The position numbers and the translations under genes are program-made. A DNA stretch of 64,000 nucleotides from Malacoraja senta (Eukaryota), in contig CM075987.1 of the NCBI GenBank assembly GCA_038087875.1, positions 20,832,001 through 20,896,000 of the forward strand, written 5' to 3'. Position 1 is the stretch's first letter, and each line of letters begins with the position of its first letter. The notes under the pieces are model-generated. The model saw only the letters and a program-made list of their open reading frames with translations. It was not told where the DNA came from and did no database searches. Shown here piece by piece: positions 39,315 to 51,535 of this stretch.

Positions 39315-39418
39315 TTGTGTTTCTTGTTCTTTTCCTGGTATTGCTCCCATTCCATATCCAGCACATCATTAACGTCTTGCACTGCAAACTTGACGTATTG
39401 ATGTAAACGACGAATTTC
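39315..39418 (-). CDS. NUP214: NUP214 exon ~18 (104 nt)
   Basis: [34 protein letters not shown]; CAG/GTAAGA. Confidence 0.97.
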
Positions 39419-39600
39419 CTGCAATCAAAAAGAGTCCAACAGGTTATTTTAATCTTTATTCCAAATAAAATGTAGAGACCAAGGAAAAAAAATGCTTTGT
39501 AAATATAAAAGAGCTAACAATTAAATAACTTTTACATATTATTATTGAAAGGCACTTCCTATACAAATAGAAAAATCCTCCAGGAGATGAAGGAAGTCTA

Positions 39601-39694
39601 TGGGCCGGATGACTACGGAAAAAAAATACGCCTGCGGCGATGATTTCGGGTTACGGCCGCATTCAGCCTGGGGGCCGTAGGTTGCCGACCCCTG
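39601..39694. mobile_element. hAT (Charlie/MER5-like) terminal fragment
   Basis: Ends GGGCCGTAGGTTGCCGACCCCTG; opposite terminus not found. Confidence 0.55.
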
Positions 39695-40220
39695 CTGTAA
39701 GGTAACCATGGAATACTCTGAGGACTTTATAGTAACAAAATTATTTACTGGCCTTGATGTGAAGAAGGTGTTTTAGAGGGTGAAGGAGCAAGTCCAAAAC
39801 TGGAGTCTATTAATATTGTTTCAGTAACTAACACATCAAACAGGAACGTTTGATAAGCTTCTTCACCCAGAGTTGGAATAATGTAGAAATGACCACCAGA
39901 TGGAGGTGTGGAGACAAATGCCACAGCTGCATCCAGGAGGGTGCAAGTTGATATAAAACACTCATCAAGGGATAAGTGGATTGCACCTGGATTGTTGTGG
40001 CTGATTGCAGTTGAGGAACGAAACCTCAATGCCACCAATAGCTCTGAAACGAAGTACCCGAGGCCTTGTTCATAATAGTCAGGGCCTTCATTCAGGCCAA
40101 CCTCAAGAGCGTGGTACCAAAACACTTAACACATCTTCTGCCCAATCAGAGGTCCAAACACCCTCTACCACTGCAACATGACCATTAGCCTTACGCTCCA
40201 TCCCCCAACTGCACCACCTG

Positions 40221-41000
40221 CAGAGCTGCCAGGTTTTGTCAGCGCATTTCAGTATTCTAGTACCTGAAAATCAGTATTTCGCTGAGGAAATCAGTATTTC
40301 TACGCGGTGCAGTTATACCCATGTAAGAGTACAAGAAGGCATAACTTTGCTACCAATTGACATGTCTTTTACGCACCTTACTTGACAGTGCATTCATTGC
40401 CATCTCTTTGTATACTTCTGTTTGAACGGCTGCTTCCTGCTTTTAGCACCAGATGATGATGTAGAAGCCATTTTGGAAGCCTCCCTCTCCCTCCCTCGCT
40501 CCTTCCTCTCTCTCCCTCCCTCCAACCCCTCCCTTTCCCTCCCTCTTCCTTCCTTTTTTTCTCCCTCCCTCTCCCTCCCCAAACAGTCTGTGACCCATAG
40601 CGCTGTGGCCATAGCGCTTTGTGTAAAGCCCATAGCGCTATGTGTAAAGGCAATAGCGCTCCAGCTGGTAGCGCTATAATTAGAACCCATAGCGCTGTTC
40701 GTTAAAATTCCCACACGCTAAACTGACAGCACTGTTTAAACCTGTAGCAGGACAGGTATATCAAAGCGTACAAAAATAATCATCCAGATCTTGAAATTTA
40801 AAATACTAATAGATATAATCTGCTATAATTTTTAGAGTTACAGTATGATTTTTTATATCCTTGCATTTAAGCAGCAAGATGAAACAGGAAGTCGGGCTGA
40901 TTTAAAAAAAATCCGTATTTTACAAAGCAAATCCGTACATCCATATTCTTATCGCATTTCCGTACAAAATACGGAAAATCCGTACTACTTGGCAGCTCTG
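40221..41000. mobile_element. Non-autonomous DNA transposon with 6-bp TSD, inserted in a Rex1 fragment
   Basis: TIR CAGAGCTGCCA / TGGCAGCTCTG; CACCTG on both sides; the right flank continues as HLAVFLRPAYKQKLKQ (Rex1 endonuclease C-terminus). Confidence 0.85.
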
Positions 41001-42056
41001 CACCTGGCTGTGTTTCTACGCCCTGCTTACAAGCAGAAACTGAAGCAGGTGGATCCGTTACAGAAAGTCATGTATGCTGGTCTACGGAAACAGATGAGAC
41101 TTTTTGTGACTGTGTTGAGTCGGCTGACTGGTCCCTATTCAAGGACTCCATGGCTAACTAAAATGAATATGCTCTGGTGTCACAAACGTCGTCAGACAAT
41201 GTTCCAAACGATGTCAAGGATGCTGCACGATCGTTCAACGTTGGTCCACGAGACCATACAAAATGGAAAGGGTTTCATGAACTGGAGATTGTACCTCAAT
41301 GCCAGAACTGGGGTGTCAGGGGTTAATGGGGAGAAGGCAGGAGAATGGGGATAGGAGGGAGAGCTAGATCAGCCATGATTGAATGGCGCAGTAGACTTGA
41401 TGGCCCGAATGGCCTAATTCTGCTCCTATCACATGACTTTGATAAAACAAATTAGAACACAGATCCCAAACGTGATGAGCAGCAGCGAAACCCCCAAAAA
41501 CTTCACCAAATCATCAATCAAATGGCTGTACAGGATCTGGGAGGTCTTTCAGATTGTTTTATCCATGAATGCAAGACAAAGTCAAACTTTCATTCTAATT
41601 GTTTTCAGCACTTATTTACTAAATGATCAACTTATTTACTAAATGATCAAATGGTCAGTTGCATCATCTGAAAAAAAGTGTGATGTACAGAGATGCTTTC
41701 CTGACATTCAGTTGAAGTAATTCTCCAACAAAATAAAGGGCTAGCCAGAGTATCAAATCTTCTTACAGGCAAAACTTCTACCAAAGATTTGTCTGGATTT
41801 GGATTCCTTGGCAGTAAAGGAGATCATTCATTGCACCGTGTCTGTGCATGCAATTTCTAAAAACCACTTGTTTACTGTATGCTACTAATATTTCAGAAAT
41901 ATTTATTTTTTCTTTCAAATACACGTCCAGTTCCCTTCCAGGCCATAATAAAAACTGTCCTCATTTCTACTTCTTAGGTCAGGTTGTCCGACAACAGAGA
42001 TAAAAATGTAGGTCCCCTCCAAAGCTGGATGAGAACCCATGAGATTTGTCTTAATG

Positions 42057-42477
42057 ACATAGAAACATAGAAAATAGGTGCAGGAGTAGGCCATTCGGCC
42101 CTTCGAGCCTGCACCGCCATTCAATATGATCATGGCTGATCATCCAACTCAGTATCCCGTACCTGCCTTCTCTCCATACCCCCTGATCCCTTTAGCCACA
42201 AGGGCCACATCTAACTCCCTCTTAAATATAGCCAATGAACTGGCCTCAACTACCCTCTGTGGCAGAGAGTTCCAGAGATTCACCACTCTCTGTGTGAAAA
42301 AGTTTTTCCTCATCTCGGTCTTAAAGGATTTCCCCCTTATCCTTAAGCTGTGACCCCTTGTCCTGGACTTCCCCAACATCGGGAACAATCTTCCTGCATC
42401 TAGTCTGTCCAACCCCATAAGAATTTTGTACGTTTCTATAAGATCCCCTCTCAATCTCCTAAATTCTAGCGAGTATA
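42057..42477 (-). mobile_element. CR1 (HER1-like) 3' fragment
   Basis: ORF 42149..42454; highly similar to 18266-18690. Confidence 0.93.
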
Positions 42478-42539
42478 GGAAATTTATGACTTAACTGAAC
42501 ATGACAGATTGATGTGAACAACAGTAGACAACAACATAC

Positions 42540-42698
42540 CTTGAGCTGAGATTCACTCTTCGGGTCAAGTGGTTTTCGGCGCAAAAGCTGGAGATAATTC
42601 TGATCTATGTTTCGTTGATTTTGCGTAGTTGCATCTTCCACAGCAGCAAATCCTTCCAGCATCACAGTCTTCAGGATGCCAATATCTCCATGCAAGGA
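42540..42698 (-). CDS. NUP214: NUP214 exon ~17 (159 nt), coiled coil
   Basis: [53 protein letters not shown]; TAG/GTATGT. Confidence 0.96.
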
Positions 42699-44277
42699 CT
42701 AATGGAGTGGAGGTGATGGGAAAGAAGTAAAAAAGGAAACAGATATATCAGCATAAAACCACAGCAAGCCAAGAGAATTCTGGGGAGAAGCAATTCTCCA
42801 GCAAAAAAGGAATAAAGAGGATGAAATCTTCATAATATTTCCATTCAGTTTAGTTTATTGTCACATGTACTGAGGTACAGTGAAATGCTTTTAAAATCTT
42901 CGGATAAATGCCTTCCAACATTTGCTCCATGACGAGAGATGCTTAATAGATTGCCTTCAAACCAATGCAGAAAACAGACAACAAATTAGCAAAATCACCC
43001 TAGTTCATATAAGAAATCCTCAATAGAATAGAGGGCAGAATCCCAGAATTTGACCCAGATCAAAGATTTTTTCCCTGGAAAGCTCAGACAGAAACAAGAT
43101 ATTTTAACCGCTCCATCCCCAACTGCCTGCTCCACATCCAGCAAAACTGTGTATGATCTGTGGCCGATGTTTGGTCTGTCATTAAGTTAAGGTTTCCAAA
43201 TTTAGATTGCCTAAGCAGTGCAAATAGATCCAATCCCATCTTGGATTCCAGAATTATTTTTAAAACGATATTTATCAGCCTAGAGCAATAGAATAGCATT
43301 CTTGCGAGCACTATAAAATCTGGGAGCACTACTAGAGCTGCCGCCAGAGGAGTGTAGGTAAATGGATAGTGGTGATGTGCGGGTAAGAGAATGCAGCCAG
43401 TTGCAAGATACAGCTGGCAGTCGAGATGCAGCCCAAATCACCAGCCGACGGTTATGAAAATGGAGCAGAAGATGGTGCGAGTTCTGTTAGTTTGCATACG
43501 CTCTGCAGACACAAACTACAAACTACGAACGCAAGACGTATATCTTCCTGCTGGGAAATAAAGGATTGTTTTCTGTGAATACAGCCCGTTCCATGTTAAA
43601 ATAAATCACACAATATAAAGTTTGTGGCCTGGATTGTTAACGACAGACCAGTATGCTATCATAGCTTGGGAATAAAGCTTCTTCAGTATTGATATCTAGG
43701 ATGGCCATTTTAAATATCAATGTATCTTCGTCTAGGAGGCAATACAGAAAAGAGATGCTGCCCACCAAGAGTGAATATTGCCCGGTTAGGCACTGGCACC
43801 TGCTAGATTACATCGTCATCTGAACAAATGTCCACAACGATGTCTGCATCACTTATGGCATAACAGGTTCTCATGTCTGCTAGGATGACAGACTGCCTGA
43901 TATGATCGATTATCTCCATCCACCTGGTCTAAAATATCAGTGTTAATGGCAGTTAATGTTGAAGCTTTCAAGGACCCCACAAAGCTGGTACTTCTCACAC
44001 AGCACCTGACAAACAGCCTGCCATCTCCCAAGACTCAGCACCCATGAAAAAATCCCAACTTTTCCTCATAAGAACTACTAGGAATGAATCCGCTAGTCTT
44101 AAACAAGAGGACATGGTCACAAAATAAGTAGATAGTCATTTAAAACTAAGATGATGGTGGTGCTTACATTAAACAACAAATTAACTTTCCCTCATCTGAT
44201 GTGGTCTACATTCAAATCACCGCAGCCTCCAGCTCTGACATTATTGACAAATTAGCCGAGTAGCTTAGTTCACTTGC

Positions 44278-44427
44278 CTCAGTGGTCTCCTTGATCTCCA
44301 ACAGGAATGTATTAAGCGACTCCGCATCAAATTTCAGGTGAGCCATGTCCTTTGTGCTGCCAACCACAAAGTTAGCATTGGCTGTACGGGCCTTTAAATC
44401 ATCCAACTCTTTCTGAAAAAGAGCAAT
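44278..44427 (-). CDS. NUP214: NUP214 exon ~16 (150 nt), coiled coil; GC donor
   Basis: IALFQKELDDLKARTANANFVVGSTKDMAHLKFDAESLNTFLLEIKETTE; donor GAG|GCAAGT. Confidence 0.93.
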
Positions 44428-46361
44428 CTGCACAAAGAGCACTGCATTAGCATTCCAGGGATGACATTTTCCAAACAAGTTATTATTCAAGTTTTTTTTT
44501 TTTTCACATTCTCAGGACAGAACATCACAAATGCTTAACTAAACTTTGGCTATTCTTTTTTAAATATAGAACAGCCCCTCATATTCGAAGTGGATATTTT
44601 ACAACCCAAAGGCATGAACACTGACTTCACTAATTTCAGCTAATCCATTCCTCTCTGTCTCCTTCTCTCTCCTTCTGTTACACCCAAGTCCTCTCACCCC
44701 CTCCTCCACCCCCAGTCAAGCATGAGCGACTTCTTTCCTCTTCCCCTTGTACCCCATCCACCCATTACCCACACACCCATCTCACTAGGTCCCCCGTCCC
44801 CTAACTCCACGGCTGCATCTGCCCATCATTCCTCCCTTACTTGGTTTCTCATCATATTCATTTATGTGTAGCCTTTTTTTTGTTGCTTCATCAATAACCT
44901 CCCAGTTTCTGTCGCTATCTCCAGCTTCCCTCTCTGACCTGCCTCCATCTGCTACACCACTCCTCACCTGGATCTACCTACTTCTTGTCCCACCTCTTTA
45001 TAGTGGCTGTCTCCCCTCTTTCTCAGTCCAGAAGGGTCTCAACCAAAAATGTCCACTGTCCATTTCTCTCCAGAGATGCTGCCTGACCCATCGAGTCGTG
45101 GAAGTACGTTTTTGCCCCCAATTCCAGCATCTACACCGTCTCTGGTGTATATCTTATATTAATACCTCCTTGTGATTGATGAAGCTTCCCCCACATGGAA
45201 TACACTAAAGGTAACTAAATGCAAACTGCTGGATTTATAGATGAGCTGAGCATGTCTATGTTTTAAAAATCAGATAATTTGCCCGAGATCCCATGAACAA
45301 TGGGAAGATGAACAATCCTCCTTTGGTGCTGCTCGTTCAGCTGTAAATACAAGTCGGTGCTTAGTGAGAACTCTCCAGACTTTTTTAATGCTATGGGACC
45401 TCATTGCATCTTTTTGTTTAAATAGGAAGCTGATGGGTTCAAAACAACTCCAAAGATGCAACTCCAAACTCCAGCTGATGCTCCAGGGCCTGTCATAAAT
45501 TCTGCAAGAGACATGGAACTGACACCTGTGTGCTTTCAAAAGTGTATGAGAAGTAAATGGTTCAGAAGAGTAGAGAGAACTACAGGATTCCTTGGCACTG
45601 TTTCAAAGAGATCAGCCAGATTCCCTGAGAGTAATCCTTCCTCAAACAACATGAAAGAAAATACTGAGTTGTAATGACAAGAGTCAAGTCAAGAGTTTTT
45701 AAATTGTTACTACATGCAAAATCCGTTACTGTCCAAATTGGCTGCAACATTTAAGAGGGCAGCATTTGATTAGTACTTCATTGGTTGTTATATTTTGGGA
45801 TATTCTATGATCATAAAATGCCAGTTCCCTTGCTTTAAAGAACAATTACATTCAAAATTGCTAAAACTGCTCATTGCACTCAACAATATTGTAAGAGGCA
45901 GATAGACAGGATCCTTTAAGTAGGAGTAGTGAAGAGAATTCCAGTTGTTGCGATTAACATCAGGAATGCATGATAGTTAGAGAAAGACAGAAACCACAGA
46001 GGCCTAGAGAAACAAGGTCGCAGAGGGATGTGAAAACAAGAATGGAGAACTTTTAAATCATGACATGGCCGGACCAGGAAACAACATTAATTAACAAGCT
46101 GAAGGGTAAAGGGTGTTGCAGCCTTGCTGCTAATTAGTACAAAAGTGTATTGAAATGACAAAGTTATGCCATTTCTGTAACTTGTACTGTTTCAGAACCT
46201 TACGGTTGACCTTTCCTCAGCAGATTAGTATTTAGTCAACAAAAATGAACAGAAAACTAAAATCATTGATAAAAGTATAAAATTGTCAGCTAATCAAATC
46301 AGAAACTGACAAGTTAGTTGAATGGAAGCTTTACCCGATATTTCACACCCACTATTCTCAC

Positions 46362-46457
46362 CTCTTCCATGATTCCCATCATCACCGGGTCTAAAGTTGG
46401 CTGTTGTTGCATTTGCTTTTCCAGATCAGATGCGGAAATCTTAGTCATTGCGGAGGT
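46362..46457 (-). CDS. NUP214: NUP214 exon ~15 (96 nt)
   Basis: TSAMTKISASDLEKQMQQQPTLDPVMMGIMEE (compare human DPVMAGIGEE); AAG/GTGAGA. Confidence 0.9.
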
Positions 46458-48540
46458 CTTAAGAGAAAAGAATAAAACAATCTGCATTAGCATCTGTTGG
46501 TAAATATTTGTACTCATAATAAATCACAAGCAATGATCACTGTGGTGGAAATAAGTACAAGATGAAGCAAGGTCTCACACCAAAATACAGCATTTATAGG
46601 AAATCAAAGCCGTTCTCTTAAGCTTTTCAACAACCCTGATTGCAGGGGACAGATAGTTAGACACTTACCATTCCATTCCCGCTGCCACCCTGCACAATCT
46701 ACAAAACCAAATCCCTACAAACCCAGGGACACAAGGTAGCTCAAATCCAATGTGGAGCAATCCAGATGATCAATGGGAATATGTAGCATCTCTCAGGGGA
46801 TTCTTCCACCCCCCACCACACCCTTTTATATTTTTAAAAAATGTAGAGGACTGGCCAACTCCCTTTTCAGATAGCACAAGCCTCAACAACCAGATCCACC
46901 CTGATTGGCAGAACGTATGACTACAGAATGCAAGATCTAATTCTTTGATTAGAAAGGTCTTCAAATAAGGATTTCATTTACCTCCTGTTCATGAGGCACT
47001 AAATTCCTCTGGGAAGTTGGTGGAAATTTCCCCTATGAAATATAGGCCCGTGCATTCCTAGAAAACTAGATGCTTCATGGCAGTGCTGGCTCGAAGGGCC
47101 GAATGGCCTTCTCCTGCACCTATTTTCTATGTTTCTATGCATCATGATTTTCCATAAACATATTATATGTGGAAATGTATTCTTACAGGATGTTTTTTTA
47201 TCTCAATTGTAATGAGCACCACAGCTGCTGGTTGACAGCAGGTGGCCATTTAAGAGGTTTGCTTGTAAAACTGACAAGGCAACCTCCAAGTGGCCCAGCA
47301 GCTGCACTTGGAGACAAACAATGCAGATGCTGATCACCTTCCAGTCTTCAGATTGAATGGAGACGAACACTTTTTCATGTAAAATAAATAAAGATATATT
47401 TTAATGATATACCTCACAACAAATAGTGGCCATTCAAGGTTACTTGCACTTCACCTTACTGGCCCTGTCTCAGCTAGCTTGATGGTATATAACATGGAAA
47501 ACGGTTGAAAATAAATACTGCCGCACAGCAAAGTGAACCTACTGCACTGAAAACCCCATTCCCCGAGCATCTTGTTAAAATCAATATTAACTCGATTTGT
47601 TGATTGATTTGCATCTTATATTTATTTTACTATTTACTCCACATAAATTTACGAAGAGTGAATCCTATTCCATATCTTGGATTTTTGGATGATTTGTGAA
47701 TTCTGTACTTGTGAATTATCCGTGCCCGAACGCCTGTAACACAGGGGTGTTTCCTGTTAAATCTGGATATCGTGACTCGGTGGCAGAAACACGAAACTAC
47801 TAACTGTACAGTGGTGTCCAAGTAACAACATGGCAAATAGCCACGATAATGCAGTGCTGGTTATATGGAGATATATTGCATGGTGCACATTATGCTACTT
47901 AGGTCAATGTTACATACAAGAAAAGGCATGCATTCAATGAAAGGATGATTGTTATCATTAATATCCAATTTCCACGTTTGTGAAAAAAATCTACGGGTCA
48001 GGTAAGTGGTATACAAACTTATCCCAGAGAATGGCACCAAAATGGTACTCAGTCATTTTGCAGGTGCCAAGACTGGAGTTTGCAACAGTTACCGCAGATG
48101 TGATGGCAGGGAGTTAGTAATTCCTGTCAGTTTAAAATGAACTTTGCCTATCGATATAATCAAAGTTATACAGAAACAGGCCCCTTAGCCAAACTCATCC
48201 ATGCTGATCAATGCTCCTTCCTAAGCTAGTTTCATTTTCCAGTGTTTAGCCTATAATGCTCAATAAACTTCCTTTTCCGTGTACCCATCGAAATCTCTTA
48301 AATCTTGTAATTGTAATCCTGTAACACTTCCTCTGGCAGTTCGTCCATTAACTCACTACAACATGTGGAAAATGTTGCCCCTCGGGTCCTTTTATTACAC
48401 CTTTATCCTCTCACCCAAAACCAATGCCCTCTAGGTTTGGACTCTACTACTCTGCGACAAAGATTATGACCTTCATGATTTTATAAACATTTACAAGGTT
48501 ATCCTTTTAAAACTTGCTCAGCTCTGCTAGTAGGAAAATA

Positions 48541-49086
48541 AGCGAGTTTGGTATTCAGACTGCGCATGCCCAGGTCAAAGGTCACTATGCATGAACAGCC
48601 CTGGAAACGAGTGAAGCAGTGGACCTTCATTTCTTCCGTTTTTTCCAGCTTTGATTCTTCTAGGTAAGAAAATACTGCAATGAAAGTTGTATTTATTGTT
48701 CTTTTGTTAAAAGCTTAGATCAGCCCCCTTCCCGCGCTGGCTGCAAGCCCGGCCCGACCCCTCCGGTCGCCCCTGGACAGGCACGAGACACCCGGGAGGG
48801 GACGAGCCCGGCAGCAACTCAACAGACCCGGACCCAACACCAACCATGGACGAGCACGATCTCGCTCACTCACCAAAGCATAAAGCAATCAAAACAACAA
48901 AATAATCTTAGCTTTTAACAATAAATATAACTATTTCATAGTTTGAAAGCAGTATTTTCTTACCTAGAAGAATCAAAGCTGGAAAAAATGGAAGAAATGA
49001 AGGTTCACTGCTCCACTGCTTTCCAGCAATGTTATGCATAGTGACCTTTGACCTGGGCATGCCCAGTCGGAATACCGAACTCGCTT
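48541..49086. mobile_element. Fold-back MITE with about 180-bp inverted arms, TA-flanked
   Basis: TA|AGCGAGTTTGGTATTC...GAATACCGAACTCGCT|TA; arms about 48541-48720 and 48903-49086 around a GC-rich spacer. Confidence 0.88.
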
Positions 49087-49270
49087 ATCTCTGACAGTTA
49101 TGAAGCACTCACTCAGTCATGTCACAATAACAAAAATAAACTGGCAGGTTGTTTTCAAAAATATATATTTTTTAATAAATAAATCACGGCACCACTTTGT
49201 GCCTAATATTTAAGTTAATCAGGAGAACCCTAAATGTCACTGCTCAGAATCACAACACCTGTTTCCTTAC

Positions 49271-49335
49271 CTGAGTAGGGCAAGATTTTGGAACAGAAAT
49301 CTTCCCAACATGGCCCAGCGCAGCTCGTGACATAC
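49271..49335 (-). CDS. NUP214: NUP214 exon ~14 (65 nt)
   Basis: MSRAALGHVGKISVPKSCPTQ; phase 1 to 0 bridges the neighbouring exons; pyrimidine tract + AAG, GTAAGG donor. Confidence 0.8.
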
Positions 49336-49441
49336 CTTCAAGGAGAAAAGAAAAGGATTTAAAACTACAGCTTTATCTACATTTTCAATTTTCCATTCAT
49401 TTTTCCACTCCTCAATCACTTCATAACCAAGCATTAGATAG

Positions 49442-49535
49442 CAGTCTGAAGAAGGGTTTTGGCCCGAAACGTTGCCTATTTCCTTTGCTCCATAGATGCT
49501 GCCTCACCCGCTGAGTTTCTCCAGCATTTTTGTCT
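49442..49535 (+). mobile_element. Penelope pLTR-derived insert with hammerhead core (49446-49473)
   Basis: CTGAAGA-AGGGTTTTGGCCC-GAAACGTT; perfect 16-bp direct repeat ACCAAGCATTAGATAG (49426-49441 / 49536-49551). Confidence 0.85.
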
Positions 49536-49692
49536 ACCAAGCATTAGATAGACATGGTTTTCAAAATCAATGCAACTCATTCATAATAACTTTGTCCTTT
49601 CTTGCTAAGGGCTGAATCTGAATTACAGCTTCCAACAGCCAAAATCTGGAACTCAGCAGGTCAAGACATAGAACAAACAACTTGTATTTATT

Positions 49693-50375
49693 TTTGCCAC
49701 CTCCAACGGGATCCCACCACCACTGGCCACATCTTCCCATCTCTTCCCCTTTCGGCTTTCCACAGAGACCGCTCCCTCCGTAACTCCTTGGTCAATTCAT
49801 CCCTTCCCACCTAAACAACCCCCTCCCCTGGTACTTTCCCTTGCAACTGCAGGAAATGCTACACTTGTCGCCTTACCTCCCCCCTCGACTCCATCCAAGG
49901 ACCCAAGCAGTCTATCCAGGTGCGACAGAGGTTCACCTGCACCTCCTCCAACCTCATCTATTGCATCCGCTGTTCTAGGTGTCAACTGCTCTACATCGGT
50001 AGAGCACAGGCTTGGTAATCGGTTCACCTCCGCTCAATTTGCATTAACCAACCTGATCTCCAGGTGGCTCGGCACTTCAACCCCCCCTCCTATTGTGAAT
50101 CCGACCTTTCTGTCCTGGGAGGAGCAGCACCTCATATTTTGCTTGGGTAATTTACAGTATGAACATTGACTTCTCCAATTTCAGGTAGTCCTTGCTTTCT
50201 CCCTCTTTCCCTTCCCAGCTCTCCCACAGCCTACTGTCTTCCGCCTCTTCCTTTATTCTTCCCGCCCCCACCCCCACATCAGTCTGAAGAAGGGTCTCGA
50301 CCCGAAACGTCACCCATTCCTTCGCTCCATAGATGCTGCCTCACCTGCTGAGTTTCTCCAGCTTTTTGTCTACCT
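49693..50375 (+). mobile_element. Penelope-like element 3' fragment: GIY-YIG endonuclease remnant + pLTR with hammerhead core (50284-50311)
   Basis: About 49920-50000 translates VRQRFTCTSSNLIYCIRCSRCQLLYIG. Confidence 0.9.
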
Positions 50376-51392
50376 AGTATTTATACAAAAGCTTTTGCAA
50401 AAATAGATGCCATGATTCACAGTAATGTAACCAAAAATTGACACAGATTCACATGAACAAACAGTGACATAAATCACAAAGAGCTTTTAAGATGCATGTT
50501 AAAGCAGAAAAGACAGCCTGAGAGAAAGTTGCAGTGAACGAATTCCAGAGATTTGGGCCTTCACAACTGAGAACAGAGGGATGGGAAAACAAAATAATTT
50601 TTAAAATAAATTTACAACTGATCACTGTCTAACCCAGAGACAATGTAGGTCAGCAAGCAGAGTTGATGAGTATTTTGAAGGGCAATGTAGGCCCCATGGT
50701 AGCAGGGCCTGGATGACCCCAATTTTCCAAGGGTAGAATAAGCAAAATTGCTTCGTGCACATTAGAATAGTGTAAGAGTAATAGAAGCAGAAACATGAGC
50801 AGTCAGGCAACATGACTAAGGAGAAAATTAGCGTCTGAATATAAGCTTTGGTATGTGATCGAAAGTTCCAATCAAAACCAAATATGTTGAAAATTATGAG
50901 GACATCAATAGGGTGGATAGTCAGAGTCTTTGTCCAAGGACAGAGGTGTCTAATATTTGAGGACACAAGTTTAAGATGAGATTAACTATTTAAATGAGAT
51001 CTAAGGGACAGGTTTTACCAGGCAAGGTATATGGAACATATTGCCAGGTGATGGTAAAGGCAGGTACAATCACAGCATTTAGAAAGCAGTTAGACAAATA
51101 CATGGATTGGAAAGGAATAGTGGAATATGGGCCAAATATGGGAACATGGGATTAGCATAGATGCATGCCCACAAAAGGGTCCGTTTCAGTGCAGAGTGCA
51201 GATAAGACAGAGACAGCAGAGAGGAAGCTTGCCAGCTAGCATGCTCAACCAACAGTGCAAGACCCAAAGATAAAAGAAAGGCAAGATGAAGAAGATTTAG
51301 AGAAAGGAGGGGCAGAGACTTAAAGAGACAGACTGAGAGGAAAAAAAATGAAAGCAGAACAAAAAAAATTCAATTTTAAGAATGGTCATTAC

Positions 51393-51535
51393 CAGCAGAA
51401 TTTGATCTTGGGCCATGGATTGATTTTGATGCCTGGCGCTGAGTGTGAGGATGTGACAGTTCTTCGTCTGCGCTGTACTGCTGCGGTGAGTCATATGATG
51501 ACTCAGTTGAAGACTCATCAATTTGACTTATGAAC
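51393..51535 (-). CDS. NUP214: NUP214 exon ~13 (143 nt)
   Basis: FISQIDESSTESSYDSPQQYSADEELSHPHTQRQASKSIHGPRSNSA; phase 2 to 1; TAG/GTAATG. Confidence 0.82.

Noticed and set aside
40845-41354. 169-aa + strand ORF
   Set aside because: Chimeric read-through of a MITE end, a Rex1 fragment and a CR1 tail.
41610-41650. Short local duplications (also about 32356-32385, 35027-35080 and 23489-23518)
   Set aside because: Ordinary slippage duplications or CR1 tail microsatellites with no evident function.
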